From Mustelus asterias (lineage: Eukaryota), in assembly GCF_964213995.1 (NCBI RefSeq), contig NC_135811.1, forward strand, positions 30,814,001-30,878,000: a stretch of 64,000 nucleotides of DNA. Reading direction: 5' to 3'. The position numbers and the translations under genes are program-made. Position 1 is the first letter of the stretch; the number at the start of each line of letters is the position of its first letter. Positions 23,144 to 37,500 of the stretch are shown here, piece after piece. The notes beneath the pieces were generated by a model, which worked only from the letters and a program-made list of their open reading frames with translations, did no database searches and had not been told where the DNA came from.

Positions 23144-24269
23144 CTCAAACAGAGGTTCAAATACATGGACTACTCACTAGACTGTCTACAATATACCTCC
23201 TGATAGCTCTCATGATGTGAAATGAGCAGTATGACATTGCAGACGTGTCTGAATGTGAAAGAAGAAGAGATGCAATAGTCATTACCGAATGAGGAAGACG
23301 TGGGGAAAGGAGAGAAAGCAACAGAGGAAGTAGGACTACATCAGTATCTTGCCTCCAGCGGTGACAAAAATCGGCTCCTAAATCAACAAATCTAGTGAGT
23401 CCCACACACCCGAGAACTTTCAAAGAGATTCGGAAATAACGGTCCCAATCATAATCTTAAAGTATTTAATTATTCGTTTAAATAGCGCTGGTGGGGTAGT
23501 CCTGCTTGCTGCTGAACAACCTGTCTACTTTGCATACTTCCAGTGGACACTCCTGGCATGAATACTAGTGCCTTCCTCAAAATGGCGTCTATCACAGCTC
23601 ACACCAGGAATGTGCACACGCACAGCACAGACTACATATGGAGGCAAAATAGCACTGGTGGCAACAGAAAACAGGTGCTAAGGAGTCTAATTTCATGGCC
23701 AAAATCTGGTGTGAATTCATTCCAGAGCAGACAACCTAACGAATTGTATATTCTGCTTTTGCAATTGGATGACTGTTGAACTTAAAGTGTATCGGATTTC
23801 ATAATTCTGTGGGCACAGAATTTACAAAATATAACCCACTCTATGGAATTTTCTCTGCTCCACAGATTCTCTTTAGGAAAAGAATGAAAATCTTGATTCC
23901 CTCTTCATTGTTGGCAGTGATATGATTGTTGTGCTGTTTTGAGTTATTTTTAGTGAATTTCTTCATACATTTAGATGCAAGAAATTCCTCAATCTTGGAA
24001 TGATAGACTGCGAGAAGTGAACTGGAAATGGACTCTACAGTGAGCCTTTTAGTTATTGTGACTTATTCTATTTCTCAACCATATGCAGTTACTATTAATG
24101 TCAATGCACTATAGTATGATTTTATTTATAACTGATGAATCAGGATACTATGCAACCATTCTGTGGCTTTCTGAGACCAGCAGGCTTTATTTTGCTAATA
24201 TTTCACCAATGCAAATTATTTTTAAGGTTGCCGTGTGGCAATGTGCCAACACAGAATTGAAGGAACGCA

Positions 24270-24830
24270 AGAAACAAAATACTGCAGATGCTGGAAATCT
24301 GAAATAAAAGCAGAAAATGCTGGTATTACTGAGCAGATCAGGCAGCATCTGTGGAGAGAGAAATGGAGTTCGTGTTTCAAGCCCATGACCAGTCATCAGA
24401 ACTGGGAAGAATTAGAAATGTAATAGACTTTGAGCATGTGAAAGGGGCAAAGTGGGAAGAAAAAGCTGGATGTCCAATCTCTCTACATTTCCACCCCTAC
24501 TAGGACACTCTGGGAGCTTTCCACTTCTTCCTTGAATAGGAGCCTGACCAGTCCCCATCGACCAGCCAAATTGAACTTGTTCTCAACGTGAAAAACTTTA
24601 GCTCCAATCATTTCTTTCAAATAAAAGGTGTTTCTATGGGTATCTACATATGTCTAAACAATGCTTGCGTTTTTGCCCATTGTCTTTGGTCCCCACCGTA
24701 ATCTTCATTTCCCAGCCATTGATTCTATCCTCCCCCGGTAAAGGCCAGAGAAACTGTTTGCAATCTTCATGTCATTTGTTTGGCCCTTAGGTGAGCTTCT
24801 GACCACGATCACAGGACTTCCAATTTCCAC
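24270..24830. mobile_element. Penelope family B fragment: inverted pLTR with hammerhead remnant plus RT pieces
   Basis: Minus 24367-24403 reads AGTT-CTGATGA...GAAA-CACG-AACT. Plus-strand RT remnants DVQSLY (about 24470) and FFQIKGVSMG (about 24611). Confidence 0.7.
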
Positions 24831-24831
24831 T

Positions 24832-25984
24832 TAGAACCATAGAACCATAGAACATTACAGCACAGAAACAGGCCTTTTGGCTCTTCTTGGCTGTGCCGAA
24901 CCATTTTTCTGCCTAGTCCCACTGACCTGCACCTGGACCATATCCCTCCACACCCCTCTCATCCATGTACCTGTTCAAGTTTTTCTTAAATGTTAAAAGT
25001 TACCATTTCATCTGGCAGCTCATTCCACACTCCCACCACTCTCTGTGTGAAGAAGCCCCCCCTAATATTCCCTTTAAACTTTTCCCCCTTCACCCTTAAC
25101 CCATGTCCTCTAGTTTTTTTCTCCCCTAGCCTCAGTGGAAAAAGCCTGCTTGCATTCACTCTATCTATACCCATCATAATTTTATACACCTCTATCAAAT
25201 CTCCCCTCATTCTTCTATGCTCCAGGGAATAAAGTCCTAACCTATTCAACCTTTCTCTGTAACTCAGTTTCTCAAGTCCCGGCAACATCCTTGTAAACCT
25301 TCTCTGCGCTCTTTCAACGTTATTAATATGCTTCCTGTAATTAGGTGACGAAAACTGCACACGATACTCTAAATTCGGCCTCACCAATGTTTTATACAAC
25401 CTCATCATAACATTCCAACTCTTATACTCAATACTTTGATTTATAAAGGCCAATGTACCAAAAGCACTCTTTATGACCCTATCTACCTGTGACACCACTT
25501 TTAGGGAATTATGTATCTGTATTCCCAGATCCCTCTGTTCTACTGCACTCTTCAGTGTCCTACCATTTACCTTGTATGTTCTACCTTGGTTTGTCCTTCC
25601 AAAGTGCAATACCTCACACTTGTCTGCATTAAACTCCATCTGCCATTTTTCAGCCCATTTTTCTAGCTGGTCCAAATCCCTCTGCAAAACCTTCCTCACT
25701 GTCCACTACACCTCCAATCTTTGTATCATCAGCAAATTTGCTGATCCAATTTACCACATTATCATCCAGATCATTGATATAGATGACAAACAACAATGGT
25801 CCCAGCACTGATCCCTGTGGCACACCACTAGTCACAGGCCTCCACTCAGAGAAGCAATCTTCCACTACCACTCTCTGGCTTCTTCCATTGAGCCAATGTC
25901 TAATCCAATTTACTACCTCTCCATGTATACCTAGCGACTGAACCTTTCTAACCTCCCATGCGGGACCTTGTCAAAGGCCTTACT
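24832..25984 (-). mobile_element. 5'-truncated CR1 LINE, same subfamily as 1965-4897
   Basis: ORFs 24986-25699 and 25650-25871 are near-identical to 4017-4697 and 3473-4066; same tail. Confidence 0.95.
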
Positions 25985-27504
25985 TGTGTAGCATCACCCA
26001 ATTTCATCCAAACCTCAGCTTGAATGCAGCTGAAATCTTTGCTCTTGCATTTTTTATTCACTTGCCTGAGTTTTCAAAGCACTCCTGGCTAGACTCCCAT
26101 TTGCTCCACTCCTCAAACCTGAGATCATCCAAAATTATGCTGCCCATATTGTATCTCACACCAAGTCCTATTCACCCAAAGTGTATTCTTTATACTAGGT
26201 GATAGCAAATAGCATTAAGACACAAGTCTTTCAGGATACGTCAACATGCTAGTACCTTCTGTCCTACAACTGCATTGCTTCCCATTACTTCCAGTTAACT
26301 GCTTCCCAGTTTTTCTGATTCAATTTGTCCAGTTTCTTGAAATATAGTGTAAATTAGAAATAAAATTGATTTACAAAATTTAGTTCATCTAATGTTTTGA
26401 ATGGAAGGTGCAGATAGTCATGCAACAATTTGCATTTATATAGCACCTTTAATCTAGCAAAACATCCTCAATGCAGTATATCAATGCCATTAAATGCCAT
26501 TTGAATCTTCAGAATCCTTAGCTACACCAGCATAATTAATCACCACATGGTAATCTCATCAATAAGAGGCGGTAGGACTATTTAAAATGCTGTATTATCC
26601 AATTAGGTTGCTGATATTAATATTAGGTCCAATGCAGCACTACTGAAGTTACCATTTATAAATATATAATATTAAATACTTTGCATTTAATACAATTAAT
26701 TATCAGACAGAAGCCCAGAAGGGAAGTATGTTTTCAGCCGTATATAATTAGCTCATCAAAATTGAAACACAGCCATTTTATTGTTTCGTACAAGCTTTAC
26801 TTTATACATCTGGAATATCACTCCTACATCTGGGAAAGAACTTCTTCCTCATTGGCTTAATGTGAATGCTGCTCAATCAAAAGAAGCACCCAAAAAAAAC
26901 TCATCAGAACACAAATATACCACTTCCTGCACATTGCACTATGTACAGAATATTTGCAGTGTTTTAATGTTAAATGTTCCCTGGAACTTTCCAAAGTCCC
27001 TTCCTTGGTTGCTTTCCTGGAATCAGTTCTGAGGCTGCACCAGGATGCACTGTTCCTCCATGTTAAGAATTAATGCGAGTCATTTCTTTTACTGACGTTA
27101 TTGTGTAATTCCCTTTTTCTCATTCGCTTTTCCAAATACATTCTAATTGCCAGTATTTTAAAAGAAATAGTTTTACATTTCTTTAAATTACTCCACAGAT
27201 GTGTTCTACTCTAACACATATAACTCAGATTCTGTTTCAATAGGCCTTAGGCAATTGTTATAATGAAAGTTTGGTTTAAAAAAAATACAGTTCATTAGAA
27301 GAGTATTCTACTATCCTTACCCAATTACAATAATGTCTCCTTTAAAACACAGCAATGAATTTCATTTCAAAATTAAATATTAATTCAGACTAGTGCATCT
27401 ACAGAGTATATCTTGGTATATTTTTAAAGTCATTCCTGTCTCTATAAAGGTTTATCCATTCATACAAAGACCATTAAAACATATACCATTGCTGTAGAAA
27501 GAAT

Positions 27505-28600
27505 GTTTTTTTACTGCCCATCCTAATTGCCCTTGAGAAAATGGTGGTGAGCTGCCATCTTGAACTATTGCAGTCCATTTAGTGTAGGTTCTGTTAGAGG
27601 GGGAAGTTCCAGGATTTTGACCCAGCAACAGTAAAGGAATGGTGATATACTTCCAAGTCAGGATGGTAAATGGTTTGGCGGGGAACTTCCAGGTGGTGGT
27701 GTTCCCATGTATCTGCTGCCTTTGCCCTTCTAGATGGTAGTGGGTTTGGAAAGTGCTGTTTAAGAAGCCTTGATGAGTTCCTGCTGTGCATATTGTGGAT
27801 GGCACGCACAGCTGTTACTGAGCATGATGGTAGTGGAAGTGAATGTTTATGGATGAATGCCAAGCAAGTAGATTGTGTCATCTTGGATACTGTCAAGCTT
27901 CTTCAGTTTTGTTGGAGCTGCACTCATCCAGTAGCCCATCATATTCCTGACTAGTGCCTTGTAGATTGTGGACAGGCTTTGGGGAGTCAGGAGCTGAGTC
28001 GCTCGCCATAGATTTTCTAACCTCTGACCTGCACTTGTAGCCATAGTATTTTTATGGCTAGTGCAGTTCAATTTCTGGTCAATGGTAACCTCCAGGATGT
28101 TGATAGTGGGGGATTCAGCAATGGTAATCCATTGCATGGCAAAGGACGATGGTTAAATTCTCTCTTGTGGGAGATTGTCTTGCCTTGCACTTGTATGGCA
28201 TAAATGTTACTGACACCTCATGCTTGGATATTGTCCAGGTCTTGCTGCATTTGGATATGGACTGCTTCAGTATCTGAGGAGCTATGAATGGTGCTGAACA
28301 TTGTGCAATCATCAGCGATGATGGAAGGAAGATAATTGATGAAGCAGCTGAAGATGGTTTGGCCTAGAACTCTACCCTGAGGAATTCCTGCAGTGATGTC
28401 CTGGAACAGAGATGACTGACCTCCAACAACCGCAATCATCTTCCTCTGTGTTAGGTATGACTCCAACCAGCAGAGAATCCCCCCCACCCCACACTTCCAT
28501 ACCCCACTCCGATTCACATGAACTTCAGTTTTGCTAGATTCCTTGATGTCACTCTCAGTCTAATGCTGCCTTGATGTCAAGAGGAATCACTCTCACCTCA
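27505..28600 (-). mobile_element. Old CR1/L2-group LINE, RT and 3' end
   Basis: GIPQGRVLGQTIFSCFIN...ADDCTMF; LSTIYKALVRN. Confidence 0.85.
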
Positions 28601-28879
28601 TTGGTACCCTTTCTGAATTCAAAAAATTTAAATGAACAGTAAACTTGTACTAACAATAAAAGAATCCAAAATAGGTTGTGACATTTCTTCCAAGGTTTCA
28701 TTTTTTCCACTATCAATAAGAATATAAGATGTCTTTATCTTCTTTGTGTCTTTGGATGCTCATATACATCACAGGACATCACAGAGAGATTTTCGTCTTT
28801 GCCCAGTGCTAATAGATTTGACTGCACTGGGGTGCCTCCACACTCAAATAGGCTGTCACTTTCCAGACTTGACCTTGCA

Positions 28880-29380
28880 GCATGAACCCTTTTGTCACAT
28901 AATCTTTCCTGACTTCCACCCTACCATAGATAGGCCTTTCCTTTTGCTCTTTTTTTCCCCGGACCCCACCACCTGCCCCACCTTTCGTTTTTCTTAAATC
29001 TATTACATATCTAATGTTTTCCCAGTCCAGATGAAAGGACCTGGAACTAAAATGTGAGAGCTTTATTCATGGGACTGCCAATCGCGCGTTGGTTGTGCGG
29101 TACCTGGTCCACATTCCTCTTGACTGTACACACGCTGATTTCTATTTGAACTGGAATTTAAAATGTAGTGTCACCGCTATTGGCTCCTCAATCAAGCTGT
29201 CGCCTAGAGTATTATCCATTGGTTTATTCCCGTCTTTTATGCTGCTTTTGTTTTTGCTGAATGTTGGTGGCGGGGAACTGGCTGACCGATGGTTCAAAGT
29301 CATAAAAATGTGAGGGTGTATCTCTCTCCACAGACGCTACCTGACGTGCTGAGTATTTCCAATGTTTACTGTTTTCATTC
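28880..29380 (+). mobile_element. Penelope family B 3' end interrupted by an inverted copy of neighbouring DNA
   Basis: Decayed hammerhead CAGATGAAAGG...AAAATGTG near 29028-29056; family tail resumes at about 29320 (tctctctccacagacgctacctgac). Confidence 0.6.
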
Positions 29381-29965
29381 ACTTCCTGGAAGAATGTCCG
29401 CTAGCTGCTTGTGCCAGGAGGTGAAAGACCATAAATGGATAGCACATGGCTCACGGCTATCGGGGAGGAAAGTAGAAACTGAAAACTACATTTTAATAAG
29501 AGGTGGACAAAAATCTACACCAGTATCCTTTTTTCTGCCTCCGCCCTCATTTTTTTGGTTAAACAATGATGGCTGATGGATTCACTTGGCAAACCTCCGA
29601 AAGGAGTTACTGAGTGGACAGCGTGAATGTATTGATTTAATGTCAATGGATAATCATGAACCCACCAGGGCCTCAACTTCCACTGTTGGTATTCACTTAT
29701 CTCCCTCACATTTTTATGACTTTGAACCATCGGTCAGCCAGTTCCCCGCCACCAACATTCAGCAAAAACAAAAGCAGCATAAAAGACGGGAATAAACCAA
29801 CAGATAATAACAATTCTAGGCGACAGCTTGATTGAGGAGCCAATAGCGGTGACACTACATTTTAAATTCCAGTTCAAATAGAAATCAGCGTGTGTACAGT
29901 CAAGAGGAATGTGGACCAGGTACCACACAACCAACGCGCGACTGGCAGTCCTGCGAATGAAGCTC
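29058..29965. repeat. Inverted repeat, ~260-bp arms (29058-29316 and 29703-29965)
   Basis: Arms are near-identical reverse complements; spacer about 386 bp. Confidence 0.95.
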
Positions 29966-30848
29966 CCCCAATTAAATTGATGTATTTTTATTTTTATTTT
30001 TGATGCGGGAAGATAAAGAAACATACAAATCAAATGCAATCTGAAGCCGTGAATTGCAGCGCCATCAACTGGTGCCAGTGAATTGTTTTCAAAAGTACTG
30101 AGGGACACAATGCTTTTCTTATCGTTTTACCATGAATTCTGAGAGCAACACACACTGTCCTTCCTTGTAAGCCGGTTTGGTGGTTTGTGGATCGCGCTCA
30201 CAGATTTTGACACAATGTAGAGTTGATCGTGGGCGTTTGTAGTGGTAAAAACAACCATTGATTAAAAATGCAGGCAAATTAAATTGAAGGAAACGTTTTG
30301 ATCTGTTGTTTTAGTATTGTAACCTTCCTGCCCCTTACAATTTTCATGGCAGAGTTTATTGCAAGTACATCAGTTCCCATAATAGAGTGGCGTTGTCCCA
30401 GATTCCGTGCGGGAGTAAGAACCTTTCTGATAACTCTGGATAGTTTTTCAGCTTGGGGTGAAGATTCCTGAAACTGCGGTAAGATCAGAAGCTGCAAGTC
30501 AAATGTTTGATAGCATCATTGCACTGCTTAATAAACGGGTGCAGTGTGAAAGAGTAAGGAGATCAGCCGGTTACAGGCAATCTTTTCCTAAGCACTTTCA
30601 ATGTCGGAAACTAACAAATATTTACTATTGAGTTTATGCACAAATCAATATTAAACAGGCAAATTTCCGAAATTAAAAACTAGCGAGCCTTGTGCTGAGT
30701 GTTAGAATGTGAATAGCGGAAGACAGGCCAGGATTCTATAATTAAACTGAGTAAATGTTCCATTTAACTTAAGCTAAATATTTTATACTATTTAAATGAT
30801 GTGCTCTGTGCAATAAATCACAATGCAACTGAGTTGTACTAATTTACA

Positions 30849-31576
30849 AAGGTAGGGTTCTGAAGACTGTGGAGGAACAGAGAGATCTTGGGGTCCATAT
30901 CCACAGATCTCTAAAGGTTGCCACTCAAGTGGATAGAGCTGTGAAGAAGGCATATAGTGTGTTAGCTTTTATTAACAGGGGGTTGGAGTTTAAGAGCCGT
31001 GGGGTTATGCTGCAACTGTACAGGACCTTGGTGAGACCGCATTTGGGATATTGCGTGCAGTTCTGGTCACCTCACTATAAGAAGGATGTGGAAGCGCTGG
31101 AAAGAGTGCAGAGGAGATTTACCAGGATGCTGCCTGGTTTGGAGTGTCGGTCTTATGAGGAAAGGTTGAGGGAGCTGGGGCTGTTCTCTCTGGAGCGGAG
31201 GAGATTGAGGGGAGACTTAATAGAGGTTTATAAAATGATGAAGGGGATAGATCGAGTGAACGTTCAAAGACTATTTCCTCGGGTGGATGGAGCTATTTCG
31301 AGGGGGCATAACTATAGGGTTCATGGTGGGAGATATAGGAAGGATATCAGAGGTAGGTTCTTCACGCAGAGAGTGGTTGGGGTGTGGAATGGACTGCCTG
31401 CAGTGATAGTGGAGTCAGACACTTTAGGAACATTTAAGCGGTTATTGGATAGGCACATGGAGCACACCAGGATGGTAGGGAGTGGGATCGCTTGATCTTG
31501 GTTTCAGATGAAGGTCGGCACAACATCGTGGGCCGAAGGGCCTGTTCTGTGCTGTACTGTTCTATGTTCTATGTTC
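30849..31576 (+). mobile_element. 5'-truncated CR1 LINE (EHTRM.GSGIA subfamily)
   Basis: ORF 30869-31495 is near-identical to 9781-10501; (CTATGTT) tail. Confidence 0.95.
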
Positions 31577-34500
31577 CCAAACTAACCTGCTATGAAATGG
31601 TACAAATCTGGTCTAAAGCAACGTTGAAAATGCCTTGCCCCTGTGTTGGGTGTAACTAGACTTTCCCTTTATTGAAATCAGCATCTAAGTGATTAGTGAA
31701 ATTCTATTCAGACCCTGCGATTCCCATTCCTCCCCGCCACAATAATGATTTCAGACCCAAACATCGACTCGGCCGGCTTTACACTACACGTGGACAGCTG
31801 GATTTACGCTATTGTGTCATTATGGGCCGGTTTATACACCTCTAGTTTTAGTAGCATCCGAAGTTCACCACTTTCATAATGGCACTTTTTCTAAATCCTT
31901 TTAAAGATTCATCAATAAGTGTCCCTGATATCAGGTCATTGAACAGGACTAACCTTTCGATTTACAGAATTGAGGCCAGAGCAGGCACTAGTTTGATTTC
32001 TCATTAAGAGAAAGCTAGCGAGTAAGATATTAATGGCATATATTAAGTGTTTGGTAAATGTCTGGGTATCTGTTTCCTTTACTTTTGATCAATAGATTGG
32101 ACAGACCGAGAGATAGATGCATATGCTGAGGTAAAGAGAATCAGTGTGCTTTAATCTGTGTTTGAGGAGGAATCTCTTCCTTCCTAGTCTTTTTGTAACA
32201 TACCTTTCCAATTCTGGATAAAGATACATTTCACCAACTTTATAGCAATGAAAAGTCAGACGGGCCAAACTGCCGTGGACAAGAGTAACCGAAGAGGGAT
32301 CAAAAAAACGATTACCGTCTCCATACAGAATGTTAGAACTATGTTGGGGTGATCCCACCTCTAATCCAGCCAGTGTGTCGGTGCAAAAATGTAGCAATCG
32401 GTGTCACCGGCCAGGCGTCCATTTATGGCAGTGTTTGGAGTGGGAGGTTGTGGGAGTGATCCACTGGACTGAATGAACAAATCTCATATCAATATCATTT
32501 CAGAGACCGTACATTTGACTGTTATCACTAGGACAAAGCCAGGATTGTTTAGTTTCGGGCGTAAACTACCCTGTAACAATGAGCAACGAGTCCATCTACC
32601 GTCAAATGTCAGATACCATCTTAGATACGTTTGGGCTTGGATAAATTATTTAGAAAGATATCGAGGTTAGCATTTTCTCCATTAACACATTCGCCCAGTG
32701 AATCATGATTCAAAGCTTTCATTTGGGGCATTCATCATGACTGAGCATGATAATGCAATAATATTGAATAATTCACACGACCTGAACATTGTTTTGGTCG
32801 GATATTGCCTTTTTTGTGGATAAAGGAATTATATGACATTGCTATCGACAGCATTTCTGAACTATTCAGCGTTATGATGATGAATATTATAGCTTGGAAT
32901 CATGCATATTTAACTATGAAAGTGATGGCACGTTATTATTGACTGTATGTCATACCGATTCTGCCTTGTTATCTACCATACCGGTTACATTGTGTTGTTT
33001 TTTTCTTGACTGCTTAAAATGAGCAGGGAATCCAGGAGACATGCAGCTGTATTAACGGAACACTCACGCCAGCACGGAGGGTATAATAATCGAACAAATT
33101 ACCTCGCCTTTAAAATGTTAAAGAGATGGTTCCGGATCAATTTGGCCAACCACTAAAAAGTCACTGTCACAATCATCGGGAAATAAAGGCGGGTTTGGAA
33201 AGACATCATTGAGTTCCTGGTATCAGGCTAGTCTGCAAAGACAAATACCATTTGACAATGTTACCCACCTACAGCCTGAATCACAATAACTTCTGTATTA
33301 AAAATAAAATGCATAAGACAGTAAATCACACGTGAGTGTAATGTAAACCCCACTGTGACACCTTCAGTGCTTAAATACATGACATCTGCTGTAACAAGAT
33401 CAAAAACTGCTGTAAATGCTGTCTGCACCCCACATTGGCTTGCTGTGTGTTTCCAACAGCTCCTGTTTTTATTTCAGATCCGCAGTGTTTTTCTCCCCCA
33501 TTCCTAACATCAATTGTAGCTTGATTTCCAATCGCTTCATCAAGCAGTCAGAAAGGCCACAAGTAAACAAAGGATTTGTTTCTCTCTCTAGCCGGTTCTT
33601 AATGCCAGACTTGTGTAAACAAACACTTCTGTGTCATTTATCAGGTTTACAGATATGTTTGCTTAGAAAAAAAGAGGGCAGCGACTTTCCAAAAACGCTC
33701 TGAATAAACCAGGCTTTGATTTACGCTTGCTTTCCCCTCCGATCAAACCAGATTGTTTTTAATGCATTTGAAATGAAATATTTCTAACGCAGCTTGTAAT
33801 TTATGCATTCGCTATTTTGAGTTTGTTTTCAGCTTCGTATGCACGCCCCATCGAGTTTTCACACATAGTTAACTATGTTGAAAAGAAGCAATTAGGTCCT
33901 GGAGTTAAAATTTGAAGTACTTATTTTTTTCTCTCTAAATAATGTCCTGACACCTTGCTGAAAAATAATCTAGAAGCAGGGAACAGTTTATCTGAAGAAT
34001 TATAAGAGTGGATGCTGATTCCCCTTCCCCGCTCTTTTTAATTCTGGGCCTTATAATGGTCTACAAGTTTAATAATACAGGTCTCATTTTCCTTCATTTA
34101 TAATATTGAGTTGAAAGCGGGATTCCAATTTCCGTCGTGATCTTTTCCAAGCATTTTGGCGCACATGGCGTCAAGAATGTATTAGAGTCATGTTCTGGGT
34201 TTAAATCAGCTTTGAATACAGAGTGATTACAGGCTCGTTTTGGAATCTTAGAGCTAAGCCGAATGTAACAAAAAGAATCAGGCTTGTAAAAAAGAACAAG
34301 CCTAATACAATCAGAGATCCCTACAAAGCGACAAATCCAATACCTTCCAATCTCATAAAAACAGACACCGCAGAATTGCACAAACTTTTTTACAATTGTC
34401 AGATATGATTCGGCCATTTTTCCCGGTTAATACTGACCATATTTTTCTACTTTTTTGTTCCCAACAGAAACAAAATTGATTAATGCCAGGTCGTGTTCTT

Positions 34501-37500
34501 TTAAGTATGATACAAAAATGCATGATGCTGACTTGTAAATTACTTGAATGGTGATGAAAAGAATGTATATCGATAGGGGGTGCTATTACAGGAAGCGTTC
34601 GCCACAGATCCCTAATTATGAGTCATTCAGTCACTCCTATCGGCAGTGCTCCTTCGTCAGAAGTGATAGAACAACTTGTTCCTGAACACGACCTTTATGA
34701 ATGGATTCATCAAGCAGATGAGAGGGGTTTAGGGTTTCCCGTACACAACATTAATCCCGAGAACTAATGACGTACTTTCCCCCAAACTGCGATTCTTCCA
34801 GCCACACGAAGTAACTCATCCCGAATCACGATAGAACAATTATGCCAAAGGAACAGAACTTCTCCCAGATAACTCCCCTCCTCACAGAACACCGCAGACA
34901 AATAGGATTCCGGGGTGTGGTTTCAAACTCTCACTGCAGCTGGCAAAAGGTTAATTGCCCTTGGCTTACCTCTGTCTCTGTCTAGTGGCATGATTGTCAG
35001 CTCTTTAAAAAGAAACTGGGGGAAAAAGAGAGGAAAAGAATCATTCCCTAAAACGATATAAGTCTTCAACATTCAGGGACAACACCTAAAGTATCAAGCA
35101 GCTCGTTTATCTCTTGTTTCAAGACTTCATATTACAAAGGAGCTCCCTGATGATAAGTATCTGCTGTCAGAGAGATTGACTGCCCTGATGGACATGTTCG
35201 CGGTTTCTGATGTCTTCTCCTCAGGGGTTGTTTTAAGACCTCGAAAGCTGTACCTCTCTGATCTGTCTTCCCATAACCTGGAGGGAAATAATTAGCAACA
35301 GAAAAAAAGTCAGTTTGCAACACAGTGGAGGGACGAATGTGATCTCCAAGCAACATCAGAGAGAACAATGCATTCCTTTAGTGAAAGTCATGTAATTAAT
35401 AAGAAGGTGGCTGCTTTTAAAAACACATTGTCCAATTTAGATGTGGACCGTTTTGTTCCTAACCGCTAATTGCCGCATTCAAAGAAAGAGCCAAATCAAC
35501 GTGTGTTAATGATGCTTTTAAGCACAGTTGTGTAATGTGTTGTGTGTGTTCCTGCAGCATTTGTATCACATTTAACAATACATATCCAGTCAATTCAGTT
35601 TGCTTCGTTCATTTTATACCAAGCACCAGATTCAATGTTTTGCCAAGTTTTCAGAGAATTCACAGTAAATTATGTTTAACTATTTTTACAGTAAATACAC
35701 TGGCCATTGCAGGATTCTGATCTACACATTAACCTATTGTGGCTTCATCGGCGGCATTTGAGTTTGGAGTGATTTGATAACTTTGCATTACCCTTTATAT
35801 GTAAACACTGCTTCACCAAATCAGGAAGGGGACAAATTGTTTAAACCAGCATGTAGTGGAACAATAGCTCAGTGGCTGCGTAAAGCGAACTAGGAAAACA
35901 AATGCAGGAGCTGGGGTGATGCAAGATATCAGAAATAAACATTTACCTGTCCTTTTAGAGCAGCATTTTCCCTCAACTATCAATCTACACTACGATATAC
36001 GTGCATCTTCAACAGTACTTAAAGACTTTTATATACATCTGTGCTAACTTCTGTTAATATGCCACACTGATAAAGAGAAGTGCTCTGTCATAGTTATTGT
36101 ATTTGTAAGTATAAAACAACTATGATATACCGTGCATGTGCTATTCAAACGTAACTAATGAGATAGTACCGTAATAGGATATTGAAAGTATTTTTAAAAG
36201 TTCCAACAATGGTGACATACAACCTCCAAATGTGAAGCCCAGGTATGAATATGATACGATTAATATTTTTAAGTAACCTTTAGCACCCCGAGACATTAAC
36301 GTTGCAAGACATACATGAATTAATGATTTAGATGAGACTTCCTTGTTGGTTTGTAAAAGCTGGTATCTTCAAAGAAAATAATCTTAAATTGTAATGTTCG
36401 TTGTACAGAAGGACACTCTCACTTTCTTTTTATCGTCGCTGGTTATTCCACATCATGGGAACACGTGCCCATTTCAGTCCCAACCAGCGCATTAATGTTA
36501 AAATAATTAATGCTGTTACTTCCCATCAACATGACAAATTCAACCAGAATATAAATAGACCACGGAAAAGTTGCCAAAGGATAATAAAGGCTAAGTCAGT
36601 TAAATGGCGGAATGAAATAACTCCCTCCTCACGCGTTCACATGTGCCTACTGAGATTCATGTTTTGATACCAACCGTTTCCGGTAATGGTGTCAGTGGCC
36701 AGTTTCGAATGAGGATCTCGCAACGTTCACTAGTTCTCACCGGTTCGCAATCTACAGAGGCATCCATCAAAAGAGACCCAAACTCTTTACATACCCCGCA
36801 CTTCATTCAAAAGAAGTCATATCCCCACATCTAAAATTATTTGGATCATCCTTTTATCACTTTGTTCATTGCGCTTCCCTTTAAAAGGGTGCACAGTTTA
36901 GATTTGTTTGAGGAGTACTGTATCTCACTTTGCCATCTGATCACCTTTGGATATTACACATATTTACATAGTCAGTCAGCAGTTGCCTTTAAATAACTGA
37001 CTGAAGCCCTGGTGTATATTCCCTCCCTTGCATATAATCTCGCAAACAATCGCGCTTAGTCTCCTTGACAATATTTCAGTTCGGCAGGCAAATACGCGGA
37101 ACTGTAGAACAAAAGAGCTTTATGGCGTTGGCGTAATGAGGCTCGAACTTTAGAAGTAAGTCCAGTCCCCTTTTTAATGACTATCAACACGACATAGTCC
37201 TCCTCGTGGGTGCAGGTGATTCTCTTTTTGAAAAGACAAATTAATTGCAGATGCAAATCATGAATTAATCTGCAGCCTGTAGGGAAATGCATTGCAGTTG
37301 TAATTATCATTGCAACAGCTACCTTTACTGCCCTGTGTAATCGTTAACAAGTATTTTTCTATATAAAGTTATGCACCCATGACTCATTTCCCCATAGATT
37401 TGGGTAAATGTTTTCCTGGGTGTCACGGCGGGTAGTATCGCTTCATTTGCGTCTATTAGAATGGACAATAATGCAATTGTAATATGTGCTGAAAGATAAT

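Noticed and set aside
29089-30108. Duplicated small ORFs (YLVHIPLDCTHADF...) as a gene pair
   Set aside because: They are a by-product of the inverted repeat; frames diverge and no protein motif is recognisable.
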